Source: Eledone cirrhosa (taxonomy: Eukaryota). Taken from it: a DNA stretch of 64,000 nucleotides. The DNA lies in contig OZ024741.1 of the NCBI GenBank assembly GCA_964016885.1, forward strand, positions 374,790,001 to 374,854,000, read 5' to 3'. Shown here one piece after another: positions 13,857 through 27,365 of this stretch; positions within the stretch are counted from its first letter, which is position 1, and each line of letters starts with the position of its first letter. A model generated the notes under the pieces. The model was not told where the DNA came from. It saw only the letters and a program-made list of their open reading frames with translations, and did no database searches. The translations under genes and the position numbers were made by a program.

Positions 13857-14814
13857 TACTGAATGAAGTCGTTTTATATTTGTATAATGCACCCTAAATG
13901 TAAATGGAATTTTCTAGAAAGCGATGGACCGCAGCAATTGGTGAGAAGCTCTGCTAGTGAAGACAGATCTGTCCAATGGAAAATTTGAAATACGGACGTT
14001 GATGATGATGATAATGATAATGATGATGATGATGATGATATTGATGATAATATTGATGATGATGATGTTGCTGATGATGATGATGATATTGATGATGATG
14101 ATGTTGATGATATATTAAAAACACATTTCCTGTCTCTAACTTTTAAAGAAATCACGAAAGAAATTAGAAAAGATAATTTAAACGAAAGGTCTAGTTCTTC
14201 AAAACAAGAAAACAAAACTTAAACAGAAAAAACACAAAACGAATAGGCTATGTAAACCTTAAAGGGATGCAACACACATCGCTATAGCGTTTCACCAGCC
14301 CCTCCCTTCTGTTACTGTGTTTATATATTTATGTGTAGATGTGTGTATGTAACTAAAGCGTAACGTACATTACGAATGGATGACTAAATGATTTTTAACT
14401 TGTTTTATTAACAATTGATGGTGGAAAAGATTTCAAATTGTTTTAACATTCTCTTAACTTGGGCCGCAACTCATAGTGTCTAACACTCTTACCGGCTACA
14501 TAGCCTCTGCAAAAAAACAACCCCCCCCCCCCCAAAAAAAAACCCCAGGAAAAAGTATAATGGGAAATAACTCAATATATCAACTATTATATGATACAGT
14601 AGTTATTTCCCTTCTACTACTTTACTAGACAGGATAGTGTCGCTTTTATTCCTTTATTTTTTCTGGTCTCAATCATTAGAGCCTCCGACAAAATACCTTC
14701 TAAGCTCAATTCCCACTAAAGTCAATTTTATTTTTCAGAGGTCGATAAAAATAAAGCACTAGTCAAGTACTGGGGATATTTTAGATTTTTATAATGCATC
14801 TTAAATATGAATGG

Positions 14815-14985
14815 AAGGCAGCAAATTGGTAGAGTTGTGAGGATATCTGATAGAATGCTTTGCAGTAATCGTTTCAGCTCTCTGCGCTCAAAGTTCAAAT
14901 CCCTCTGAGGTTAACTTTGCTTTTCATCATTTCAAGGTAGATACAAAAAAATAACCGGTCCCGCACTGGGGTAGATTCTTCCCCA
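14815..14985 (+). mobile_element. Old SINE copy (further fragments at about 11715-11810, 13000-13073, 14690-14780)
   Basis: aagttcaaatccc..gaggttaactttgcttttcatc similarity to the young SINE. Confidence 0.65.
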
Positions 14986-15097
14986 CTCGCCCTCTCTCTT
15001 TCACAATTAAGAGAACGAGAGAATCCAAAACCCCAATCCATCCATCCATCCATCCATCCATCCATCCATCCATCCATCCATCCATCCATCCATACAT

Positions 15098-15925
15098 ATG
15101 ATGTTTGTTGACAGTTCAACCAGAACTCTTCAATATAAGCTGATCACCCTCAAACAAGAATTGAGAGCTGTCAGCGAGAAACGTCGATACCCGAAGAGGG
15201 TAGATGAAAGAAAAGTGCTTAATAAAAAATTGAGACGAAACCAAACATCAGTTTATAGAGATATGAAGGGCAAAGTAATAAATGTCACTGATGCCCCATC
15301 CCAGAAAGACGGCTGGGAGAAAAATATGGGGTGAAAAGAAAAATTTCAACCGAGATGCAGTGTGGCTCAAAGAAATCCAAAAGAACTATTGCCCCTACAC
15401 TACAACAAAAGCATACGAAATAAATGAGGATAACCGTGAGACTGTGATAGGAAAACTCCAAGATAGAAAAACACCAGGAAGAGACATGATTGTGGGCTAC
15501 TGGTACAAAAAACCTGATATTCTATCGGACCTTTCTTATCGATCTCTACCAACAAGTTCCCAAGGGAGATACACTTATACCAGAATGGTTGGCATTAGCA
15601 CAAACAATACTGGTCTCCAAGAACAAAGACACCAACTTGGCAAAAAACTTCCGACCCATTGCATGCCAGAACCTGATGTATAAGATGTATACAGTCTGCC
15701 TGAACCTATTTCTCCAAGATCACTGCAACAGTAATGACATCATGACAGATGAACAAGCAAGTAAGGTGTTTGGGAGTGTACTGAACAACTCCTAATTAAC
15801 AAAACTGCAATGTTGGCGGTTGACAACTTAGGAGGAATATGGCTACAGTCTGGCTGGACTTCAGGAAAGCATTTGATTCTGTTCCTCACTCTTGGATGAT
15901 TGAGGCTCCCCGACTTGCTAAAGTC
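15098..15925 (+). mobile_element. R4/Dong-like LINE RT fragment, disrupted
   Basis: KTPGRDMIVGYWYK, IPEWL...NFRPIACQNLMYK, WLDFRKAFDSVPH; preceded by (CATC)n-catacat. Confidence 0.8.
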
Positions 15926-16198
15926 CCAGACTTTATTTTCATATTCAAATAACAAACAAATAGTTTATCGCTCTACATGGCCGAATATGGCAAAACTGTC
16001 CATTAATCGCTCGTATACATGAAACTGACTGGCCTATCTGCTGATATGCAAATCTGGCTGATCAGTGGGTCTCCTAATATGCAGATCTGACTGATCAGAT
16101 AGTCTAGTAATATGCAAATCAAGCCGATCAGTCACTGTATATTTTAGAAGATATCATATATTTTCACTAGCTCTGACAGTTTGGTAGATAAGCAGTAT

Positions 16199-16245
16199 AC
16201 TGTACTGATGAAGGGTAATCACCCAGAAACATTAGTGTCTGCAGT
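16199..16245 (+). ncRNA. Type I hammerhead ribozyme motif
   Basis: Stem I actgta/tgcagt, CTGATGA (16205-16211), stem II gggt/accc, GAAAC, stem III aca/tgt, GTC cleavage triplet ending at 16239. Confidence 0.8.
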
Positions 16246-16619
16246 TCTGTTTACATGCCAACACAAGAGCAAGAATTACGGGGTCATTATACTGACATGA
16301 CTTTAAAGAAGCTGTTTGCATAATTGCAAACGAATCGAATATTATTATTAATATTCGAAAAACTCAGATTACACACATATATATATATATATATATATGA
16401 ATGAAAAATGGTGAGCTGTGTTGTTGCAAATATGATATACATAATAAAATGAAGAATTAGAAATAGAAGCCAGGACTATCCATCATCAGTGGTCTACTAG
16501 CATCATAGGTATTTCTTGGCATTACAGACCATATACCTCCGGCTAGGGCAATACAATAACTAAGTATATTATATATAACGAAGTCGGTGGATGGTCTGCA
16601 AGAAGTCTTTATTTGCTGA

Positions 16620-17165
16620 TCTGTAGTTGGATTCCAGCTTAACCCAAAGTCTTCCCATGTCTTAACTGTGGATGCCTTTACTGTTTTTGCTGCGATTTTT
16701 CATACCTGCTTGTACTTCAAGTGCAAGAAGGAGGACTTATTTCCAAACCAAGCTTTGTAGGCCTCCTTCTTTGCTCAGATGGCATATTTGACCTCTTCAT
16801 TGAACCAAGGTGTCCTCCTGCCATTCGGCGCCATACCAAACCTCTTTCGCCCAGAACATTTAACAGCTGGAGCAGAAACTGCTGAGCTGAAAATCTCTAT
16901 TCTCTCTCAACGTCTTCAGTTGTCTCAGGGAGTTATTTGAAATTGGAAGCAATAGTATCTGCCTACCCCGTCCTGACTTTCTTATCCACCAATGCTTCCC
17001 ATTTTATCCTGTAGGTCGCCCTGGGCATACCAGTTTTGTGGGCTTCTTTGGCTTTAGGTAGTCTCAAGTTGCAGATAATTAGACGGTGATCAGTTGACAG
17101 CTCAGTCCCTACTCTTAACAAGAACATTCAGGACAGAATCGAAGAGATCAAAAACAATAACAAAA
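16620..17165 (-). mobile_element. RTE-clade LINE fragment (endonuclease end and linker)
   Basis: Minus strand encodes GTELSTDHRLIICNL and RTPWFNEEVK...AYKAW. Confidence 0.7.
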
Positions 17166-17175
17166 TCAATTATTG

Positions 17176-20100
17176 ATCTTCGTATTCCTTGAGAGCGGTG
17201 CCGAGCATCTGGACGTGTTTGGTGCTCGACACCACCATGGTGACGTCGTCGGCGTAAGCTGACACGGGATCTCTCGCATCCCAGTTCGCGTGGGACCCCT
17301 CCTCATCGTCTCCAATTTGTGCAGTAACGGCTCGAAGGCCAGTACGTACAAGAGGGACGAGAGGGGGTCAAACCTGGTGGACCGAGCGCATGATGCTGAA
17401 AGGCTGCGACAGGTGACTATTCAACCTCACAATCGAGCAGATGTCGCTGTGCATCGCAGCGACACAACCCCTAAAAACGGGCCCGAAGCCGGCCTCCTCG
17501 AGGGCCGCAGCCAGGTACCGATGGTCGACCCTATCAAATGCTTTAGATTGATCCAAGTTGATCAGGACCCCACCCGTGCCAGGTTCCTTAACCACCCTCT
17601 CTATGATGTATCGCATGAGATGGAGGTTGTCGTGGATGGATCTCTCCGGGATGGCGCATGTCTGCGCCTCTCCCAACAGATCACCGACGACAAGCCTCAA
17701 TCTCTTTGCTAACACCTTGGCCAAAATCTTAAACTCTGCGTTTAGCAGAGTTATGGGCCTGAAGTTGTCTATAACGTCCCCCTTGTTCGGGTCATTTCTC
17801 AGCAGCGCCACCGCTCCCCGGCTCACAAAACTGGGAATACTCCCGTTCTGCTGCCAGTTGCAGTAGGCATCTGCCAAGAGGTCGCCGAACAGGTCTGGCA
17901 TATACGCATAAAGCTCGTAGGGCAGACCATTCAAACCTGGCGATTTACCCCTCCTGCAGTCAGACATCGCTTCCCGTATTTCACCTGCTGTTATCGGCTT
18001 TTCGCAGCACTGCGCTGCGGTCGTCGAGAGCCGCGGCAGTCCGTCGAGGTATGCACAGAAGTCCATGCTCCGATCCGGCCCTCCGCCGCTCCCGAACAAT
18101 TGAGCAAGGTGCTTTTGAAAAGCCGCACACATCTGCTCGGGTTTGGGCAACATGCCCCCGTTTTGATCAGGCAAAGACCCAATTGTGGACTTGTTGCCAC
18201 GTCGCGCCTCCACCACCCGAGCCCATTGAATGGCTTTCGTCCCCTCTTGTCTTAGAGCACGCGCTCTAGCTCTGACAACGCAGCTTTCATGCTTTGCGTT
18301 GAAGAATTGGTCGAGTGCCAATCTCGCCGCAAGCACGTCGGTTGCGATGCCTGTCCTAAACGCCTCTTCTAGCTTTCTAACTAACTCTCCCTCTACTCTA
18401 TTTTCCTCTATCACTACTCCTTTGCTAAACCTTATCGATTCTACTCTAATATCCCTTTTCAGGGTAAACCACCACCTGTTGTTGACGATCGCGCCCGTCA
18501 ACGCACGCTTAACTAATTCGCTAATCTGGTCTCTGTAAGCTTTGCGCGCCGGGAACGACACGTTCAGCTTCCAGTAGCCGGGTCCTTGCCTATGGAGTCT
18601 ATCTAAGTCAATTTCCCAGATGACAAATTTGTGGTCCGTGTAGTCGACTACTTTAAATTGTGGACAACCTACACTAGCCTTATCTGTTTCCCTACGGAAT
18701 ACTCTATCTAAATACGATCTGGATGACCCGATGCGGTTTGCCCATGTCCACATTGGCACATTCGGATAATCCAGTCAGACAGTTCAAAACGTCTGAGCAG
18801 GTCGTTGAGGCTTTTACACCCTCCTGCCCTGTCTACTAGCTCCACATAACGCCAGCGTGCATTTAAGATACCGTTGCAGTCGCCCACTAACACTAAAGAG
18901 CGGGACGTTCCAAGAAAGGTCTCTAGACGTCTGAAGAAATCTGGCCGTCCTGTCCCTGTTGGGGCGTAGACGGCTACTAGCCTGAAAGCATTGCCTTCGC
19001 TGCCGGTCACGTCCAGCACCACCGACTTGCCTTCTGGGTCCAGGAAGATGGCCCGTATGGCGAGATCCAAGCCTCTCCGAAAAAGCACGGCAACCCCTCC
19101 CCCCGATCCCGGACGGCTGGGAGATGCGTATACATCGTAGCCGCCGAAGATCGGTGCGAAGGCTCGTGCTTCGGAGATTCTGGTCTCGCTGATGGCCATC
19201 ACATCTATGTTTAGTGGCCTGAGGTCGTTGAGCAGGTGACCCTGCTTCCAAGATGACCCCAGGCCACGTACATTTATACTGCCTATTCTAAGTACGGCTA
19301 TGTTGGATGAGAAACGGGGTAAGTGAGAAAGGATCATTTACCTTGATCGTGTGGTGAAGGGACAGTAGAACCGTCCTTTCGCTGGTCATGGGTATTTCCA
19401 AGAGGATGTCAGTGTATATCCTCTTGGTAACCGACACTCTGAAGTCTCCAACTGCGTTGGGGAACTTTTGTTTTAAAAGTTTGTAATGTTCTATTGAGAT
19501 TTCAATGATGCTTATGTTTGTCGGGAGAGTTCTTGGTGTTGGTGGGGTGTAGTAGTTTTTTTTGTGATGTCTGTGTGTTGCTTTATATATTGTATGAGTT
19601 CTTTATTTTTCATGTTTATGGCTGTGTACTTTTTGGGGGAGGGGCGATTTTGTTGCTGTTGGGTGTGTGTGTTTTGTTATGTTTGCGATGTTGGTGTTTT
19701 TGGTGATGCTGGTAGTGGTGTGGTTGTTGTTTGTGGTAATGCTTGTGGTGGTGATGGTGATGGTGATGGTGGTGGTGTTGCTGCAAGTATCCTTGCAGCC
19801 TTTACCCCAATTTGTCTGCCTTCGCTTTTGGCGGGTGAAGCTAAGGGTTTTTTTTTTTTTTTTTTTGTGGCAGACCGTTTGCCACTTCCCTCCCGCCTCA
19901 CACTCCATGTCGGACCCCGCGGCGTCCGGGAGTGGCATGAGCTCCACTGCTGTTGGTGGTGGTAGTGGAGCCCGCTCCGGCGATTTTACCGCCGGCGTAG
20001 CTACTGCGACTGTTGGTGTTGCCGCCACTGCTGCCGCTGCTTTAGTTGTCCGTGGCCTTGGTATGGTTGCCACGGACATTGCCTTCCTACTCACCATGGA

Positions 20101-21150
20101 AGGGTCTTTTGCCTCTGTTGCCTGCCCTGCTCTTGGTAGCAGCGGATCAGGCGTCGGAAGGAGGAGGGGCCCTCTTCTTGGATGTCTTCTGCGAGCAGAA
20201 GGCCCTGAGGTGACCCTTATGCCCACAGAGATAGCACTTTGGGCGCCTTCCTTCCACGCTTATAGGGAGTTGGAGCCCTTCTTCGAGGTCTATGAGGTCT
20301 GGGATTGCCTTGATGCACTCCTGGTCAGTCTGTATTAGCATTTGCATGCCTATTCCTGACCATTCTCTGTATTTGCAGTATGGTGGTCTTCTCCTCGATT
20401 CCAGCCAGTACAGACGCGGCCAGCCAAGGTATGGGCACGTCGGGCGGGACCTGGGTCACTTTGACCCTCACAATATTCTGCCGCAGTAGGAGGGCACCAA
20501 GACTATCTCCTCACTCTTTAGGGTTTCCAAAGAGTGAGACTTCGCCTCTTGGGGGATGGCGAAAAGTTCGTCTACTGTGGCGTACTTTTTGCCTCGAGTG
20601 ATGTGGGTTTTGCGCGCCCAGACGCACCCAAAGGCCTTTTGAATTTGAGCCTCCGTGGCTCTCTCCACCCAATGTGACATTTTGCTTACGGTGCGGTAAG
20701 TCACCGTGCGCAGCTGCTGGTCTTTGTAGAAATCGGGTGGAGGTTTCAGGGAAACTCTATTGTCGTTTCTCGACACCATGGGCTCTTGCGACTGCAATCT
20801 CCTCCTCCGTGACTAGCACTGTTTCTATATTTCGGGCCACACCTGAGAAAGAAGTGGCCCCTTTTTCAGCGGCACCATTATTGCTGCTGCTACTGCTGCT
20901 ACTGGTCTTGTTATCGGTGTTGTTGCTGTTGCTACTGCTACAAACGGTGTTGTTGGTGTTGTTGCTGTTATCATTGTTGTAGTTGGTTCCACCGTTGTTG
21001 TTGTTTTCGGTGCAATTTGTATTGTTGCTGTTGGTGTTGTCGTTGTTTATTTTCTTGTTAGTGGTGTTAATATCGTTGTTGCATTTGTTGTCATTTTTTC
21101 TGTTGTCTGTATTTTGGTTGACGCTGTTATTGTTGTAGTTGGTGTGGTAA
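17176..21150 (-). mobile_element. Tx1/L1-like LINE copy C, truncated at both ends
   Basis: ORF1 with (AAC)n Asn-rich N-terminus and CYLCGHKGHLRAFC; ORF2 APE (SINVRGL, ISETR, SYLDR, TDHK) and RT (GPGYWKLN, NFRPITLLN, DQSKAFDRV, YADD); frameshifted. Confidence 0.92.
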
Positions 21151-21169
21151 TTTTTTCAAAATTAGTGTT

Positions 21170-21535
21170 CTCAGTGTTGTCTTTGTTCACGTTGTTCATC
21201 AAAGAGATTGTTTAGAAGCTTGTAATTCAAAGGTTCAGCCTTGCCACACACTGTCTCACGCTGATTCGGCTTGTGAATTAAGTTAAGTGTATACATTTCT
21301 GTGGAATATTCACCCATACACTTTACACTGTCTCTTGTGACGCTAAACACCGCCAGTTGCAGACTGCGCATCATGTGACATCTCTCTCCACAAAGTTCGA
21401 TCACCAGCAGCAGAGTTAAAAGAGCAAAGATCAAGTCCAGTCCATAAGTTGACATTATCAAGCCATCGTTTTGGCTGTCGGCCTCTGCTTCTCTTACCAG
21501 TCAAACTTCCTTCCAGGCATAACCTACTCACACCA
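21170..21535 (-). mobile_element. RTE-clade LINE 3' fragment
   Basis: LEGSLTGKRSRGRQPKRWLDNV..WTGL....AGDRTLWR C-terminal motif. Confidence 0.75.
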
Positions 21536-22310
21536 CGAGTTGATCTTTTTAAATGGCAGTAACGTTACATTGCACGTTCAGTTAATTGAACAACCGAATG
21601 CTTACCGCCGAAAACGACGGAGGATGCCTCCATGTACTTTTATTATAACATTGAAAACAAATTGAGCAATCGGCCTAGATTGATTTACATGAATGATATT
21701 TACCCGGGAAAATATACGATCTATTTTTAATATGTAGTAATAAATATGAACAAAATAAAAACAAAAATCCGCGAAGAGCCAACGAGAAATAATACATTAA
21801 AAGTTACCAGAAACCATTTCAAAATAAAACAAAAGTAATAACAAATAAATAAAATAAAAATACATTTTAGTTACACAAAGTAATCAAAACGTGGGCATTG
21901 AAACCTTGAGGCCTATATATGAAAAGAGTGAGACGAGTCTTGTCAAAATAACCAACTTTTGTTAAGTAGAAACATATGTATAGAAGCCGAGATAATCTAT
22001 TCTATTCCAGAAACGTTACACTGTTAGTTGAAGTTATGATGTTAGAAGTAGTACATACTTGTCAACTGAAATTACAATTTAGCCATTTTTTTCAATTTTC
22101 GGAACAAGAAAAATGTACACGTTAGCGTTAAGAAAATTAATACCTTAAGAAATCAAACAACATAATTTAGACATTTAAATTCCATAATATAGAAATCAAA
22201 TTCCATCGTTCAGAAATATAAACGGCAGAACTGGGAGACTTAAACACTTGTTTAGAAACATAGACACTATAGTTCAGAGAATTAGACACTGTAGTGGAGA
22301 CGGTTAAATA

Positions 22311-24720
22311 CTATCAACTATTGTTGATACTTAAACACTATTGTTGATACTTAAACACTATAGTTGAGACTTAAACACTATAGTTGAGACTTAAACATTA
22401 TAGTTGAGACTTAAACACTATAGTTGAGACTTAAACATTATAGTTGAGACTTAAATACTATAGTTGATACTTAAACACTATAGTTGAGACCTAAACACTA
22501 TAGTTGAGACTTAAATACTATAGTTGAGACTTAAACACTATAGTTGAGACTTAAACATTATAGTTGAGACTTAAATACTATAGTTGATACTTAAACACTA
22601 TAGTTGAGACTTAAACACTATAGTTGAGACTTAAACACTATAGTTGAGACTTAAACACTATAGTTGAGACTTAAACACTATAGTTGAGACTTAAATACTA
22701 TAGTTGAGACTTAAACACTATAGTTGAGACTTAAACACTATAGTTGAGACTTAAATACTATAGTTGATACTTAAACACTATAGTTGAGACTTAAACACTA
22801 TAGTTGAGACTTAAACATTATAGTTGAGACTTAAACACTATAGTTGATACTTAAAACTATAGTTGAGACTTAAATACTATAGTTGATACTTAAACACTAT
22901 AGTTGAGACTTAAACACTATAGTTGAGACTTAAACACTATAGTTGAGACTTAAATACTATAGTTGAGACTTAAATACTATAGTTGATACTTAAACACTAT
23001 AGTTGGGACTTAAATACTATAGTTGAGACTTAAACACTATAGTTGAGGCTTAAACACTATAGTTGAGACTTAAACACTATAGTTGAGACTTAAACACTAT
23101 AGTTGAGACCTAAACACTATAGTTGAGACTTAAACACTATAGTTGAGACCTAAACACTATAGTTGGGACTTAAACACTATAGTTGAGACTTAAACACTAT
23201 AGTTGAGACTTAAATACTATAGTTGAGACTGAAACACTATAGTTGAGACTTAAACACTATAGTTGAGACCTAAACACTATAGTTGGGACGTAAATACTAT
23301 AGTTGAGACTTAAACACTATAGTTGAGACTTAAAACTATAGTTGAGACTTAAATACTATAGTTGATACTTAAACACTATAGTTGGGACTTAAATACTATA
23401 GTTGAGACTTAAACACTATAGTTGAGACCTAAACACTATAGTTGAGACTTAAGCACTATAGTTGAGACTTAAATACTATAGTTGAGACTTAAATACTATA
23501 GTTGAGACTTAAATACTATAGTTGAGACTTAAACACTATAGTTGAGACTTAAACACTATAGTTGAGACTTAAATACTATAGTTGAGACTTAAACACTATA
23601 GTTGAGACTTAAATACTATAGTTGAGACTTAAACACTATAGTTGAGACTTAAACACTATAGTTGAGACTTAAATACTATAGTTGAGACTGAAACACTATA
23701 GTTGAGACTTAAACACTATAGTTGAGACTTAAATACTATAGTTGAGACTTAAACACTATAGTTGAGACTTAAACACTATAGTTGAGACTTAAACACTATA
23801 GTTGAGACTTAAATACTATAGTTGAGACTTAAACACTATAGTTGAGACTTAAACACTATAGTTGAGACTTAAACACTATAGTTGAGACTTAAACACTATA
23901 GTTGAGACTTAAATACTATAGTTGAGACTTAAACACTATAGTTGAGACTTAAACACTATAGTTGAGACTTAAACACTATAGTTGAGACTTAAATACTATA
24001 GTTGAGACTTAAACACTATAGTTGAGACTTAAACACTATAGTTGAGACTTAAACACTATAGTTGAGACTTAAATACTATAGTTGAGACTTAAACACTATA
24101 GTTGAGACTTAAACACTATAGTTGAGACTTAAAACTATAGTTGAGACTTAAACACTATAGTTGAGACTTAAACACTATAGTTGAGACTTAAACACTATAG
24201 TTGAGACTTAAACACTATAGTTGAGACTTAAACACTATAGTTGAGACTTAAATACTATAGTTGAGACTTAAACACTATAGTTGAGACTTAAACACTATAG
24301 TTGAGACTTAAACACTATAGTTGAGACTTAAATACTATAGTTGAGACTTAAACACTATAGTTGAGACTTAAACACTATAGTTGAGACTTAAAACTATAGT
24401 TGAGACTTAAACACTATAGTTGAGACTTAAACACTATAGTTGAGACTTAAACACTATAGTTGAGACTTAAATACTATAATTGAGACTTAAACACTATAGT
24501 TGAGACTTAAACACTATAGTTGAGACTTAAATACTATAGTTGAGACTTAAACACTATAGTTGAGACTTAAACACTATAGTTGAGACTTAAACACTATAGT
24601 TGAGACTTAAATACTATAGTTGAGACTTAAACACTATAGTTGAGACTTAAATACTATAGTTGAGACTTAAATATTATAGTTGAGACTTAAACACTATAGT
24701 TGAGACTTAAATACTATAGT
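22311..24720. repeat. 20-bp minisatellite (ttaaacactatagttgagac), about 120 copies, with degenerate flanks to about 22230 and 25255
   Basis: Direct inspection; variants c/t at unit position 6 and occasional 19-bp units. Confidence 0.97.
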
Positions 24721-25293
24721 TTAGAAACATGAACACCAAAGATTAGAAACAAGCGCCAGAATTAAGAAAGTTAAACACTATTGTTGACGCGATAATTGAG
24801 GAATATCAACGACAGAGCTGAAAATGTTAAACACTGCAATAGAGACAGTTAAACATTACAGTCGAGACAGTTAAACACTGCAATTGAGACAGTTAAACAC
24901 TACAGTCGAGACGGTTAAACACTTACAATGAGTCAGTTTAACACACTTGTTGATACAGTTTAACACTACAGTCGAGGCGGTTAAACACTTACAATGAGTC
25001 AGTTTAACACACTTGTTGATACAGTTTAACACTGCAGTCGAGACAGTTAAACACTACGGTTGAAACAGTTAACCACAATTGTTGTGAAACTTAAACACAA
25101 TAGTCTATAAACATAAACACTATGATGTGGAAATTAAAAAATTAAGTTAAACAATATAGTTGAGACACGTAAACACTATATTTGGGACAGGTAAACACTA
25201 TAACTGAGACAGTTAAACAATATAGTTGAGAAAGGTAACTACGATAGTTGAGAAAGATTGGTAAAGGTAATAACTTTGTGCTATCTGTGTTAC

Positions 25294-26532
25294 TACGAGG
25301 CTCGGCTGAAAAGTTCATAGGCTGACCAAGATACCCTCGTGGAATGACTAAATGAAGTTTAGTTTTCAACATAGTCCCTGAAAATAAACAATGCAGTTAT
25401 TAATAAGAAGAGTTGAAATTAATGCTTACAAGATTCCACAGCTTTGCCATCACTCCTTTATAGCCAGCCTATGACCAAGATACTCTCGTGGAATTACTAA
25501 ATGAGGTTTAGTTTCCAACATAGACCTTGGAAAGAGACAATGCAGTTATTAATAAGAAGAGTTGAAATTAATGCATGCAAGATTTCACAGCTTTGCCATC
25601 ACTCCTTCATAGTCAGCCTATGAACTTTTCAGCCCACCCTGGTTGTAGGTTATTTTCATGCCCAGTTGTTTTTACAGTCTTCACATCTATATTTTGGTCA
25701 GTTTGACGGCATATCGAATGTTAACGGTTTCTTAGCCATATTGCTCTAGTTCATAATTTATTTTTGTCATGGCCATTAAGTTCATAAGCTGACTATGAAG
25801 GAGTGATGCTTGAGCTGTGAAATCTTGCATGCATCAATTTCAACTCTTCTTATTAATAACTGCATTGTCTCTTTCCAGGGATTATGTTGAAAACTAAACC
25901 TCATTTGGTCATTCCATGAGAGTATCTTAGTCAGCCTATGAACCTTCTAGCCTATGAACTTTTCAGGCGACCCTCGTATATTGGTGAACCTCAAAGAATT
26001 TTCTGTACAGTTTTAATCTTTAATTTCATGCTTAGGTAGTATCTCTTCATGGAATGGTAGAACCAAATTCATTTACTGGAATACATCACTTTTCTATCGA
26101 TCCCCTTGCTTTACACATTATCAAATTTGTTGACTCTATATATCAGGCATGTCAAACTGAGGGTCCCCCGGGGGGCCACATGGGTCACATATGTGTTGTC
26201 TGAGGGCCACACACGATAACTAATTGCGCACATTACAACTAATTTTTAAATTTTATATTACGAAGATAAAACATGCTCGCGCTGTAAAACCTTTGTGTGG
26301 ACCGCAGGTGTGCTTGTAAGGGGCCGCATGTTTGACATCCCTGCTATACACTATGCAAAGATCGGCCGAAAATTTCATAGGCAGACCAAGATACTCTCAT
26401 GGAATGACCAAATGAGTTTTAGTTTTCAACATAGTCCCTGGAAAGAGACAATACAGTTATTAATAAGAAGAGTTGAAATCAATGCATGCAAGATTTCACA
26501 TCGTCAGCCTATGAACTTTGCAACCAACCCTA
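25294..26532. mobile_element. Cluster of mariner-like MITE copies (about 25294-25642, 25775-25978, 26360-26532)
   Basis: Terminal motif TA-cgagg(g)tcg(g/c)ctgaaaagttcataggctgac and a shared body caagatactctc..ggaatgaccaaatgag..., in both orientations. Confidence 0.75.
26144..26343. mobile_element. hAT-family MITE
   Basis: TIRs caggcatgtcaaac / gtttgacatccctg; imperfect 8-bp TSD ctatatat / ctatacac. Confidence 0.75.
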
Positions 26533-27197
26533 GTTCATCATTGTTTGTGTCTCTATGATGTTATGGTTTCCACCAATTCCGGGGTTTTGCTTCTTAATGA
26601 GGAAGTCCGTCTTTTTATATTATTATTTTTTTAATGCTTTTGTCTATTTTCTCCATTCATGATGTATCTTTTCGGCTGATGAAGGTCCATTCTGCTGTTC
26701 AGTTGCTTAGTTGCTGCGCTGTTTAGCATACTCGTTAACTTGTAGTTTTTAATTTCTTATATGTATGTCTTCTCCCATTATTTACAAGTCAACCAATGCC
26801 GTCAATGATGACAGCAATAGCGCTTAACATATTCAATTATTGCAATTCAACATTGGTTTGCCGTATCACTGGATATATGAACAATAGAGTGTTTCATATT
26901 TACAGGGGGAAATTTGTTTTTCTTGGAATTACCTTATGTCAATTGCGCCTTGAATTCATTTTACACAAAAGTTACACAGGCGAAAATACCAGGAAACACA
27001 GATATATTTAGAGGCTGCTCAGTTTGATGTTTTTTGAATACTTTGCCAACAAACTGCAAAACAAAAAATTACTTCAACAATTGATAATTGTAGTCAGGTT
27101 GCATCTTTTGCCCGTTTTCGACTGTATACATGCAGGAGACATTTCTACTATTTATAGTATCCGAAATGAAAAAGAAATGAACCACAAACTTAAACTA

Positions 27198-27365
27198 CCG
27201 TATTTCCCTACGCCGAAGACGATTCGTCCTCGAGGACGCACCCTAATTTTGACAACCAAAAATTTGAAAACAAATAATAAACAACCTTCGGCCTCCAGGA
27301 CTCATGGTAGATTTTTGAGACTTATTTTAGGAAAAAAGTAGCGTCTTCGACACCGGGAAATACGG
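27198..27365. mobile_element. Tc2/pogo-like MITE
   Basis: TIRs ccgtatttccc..cgaagacg / cgtcttcga..gggaaatacgg with TA on both flanks. Confidence 0.8.

Noticed and set aside
22311-24720. CRISPR array
   Set aside because: Contiguous tandem units without unique spacers, no cas genes, eukaryotic context. The same holds for the 54-bp array at 1-1149.
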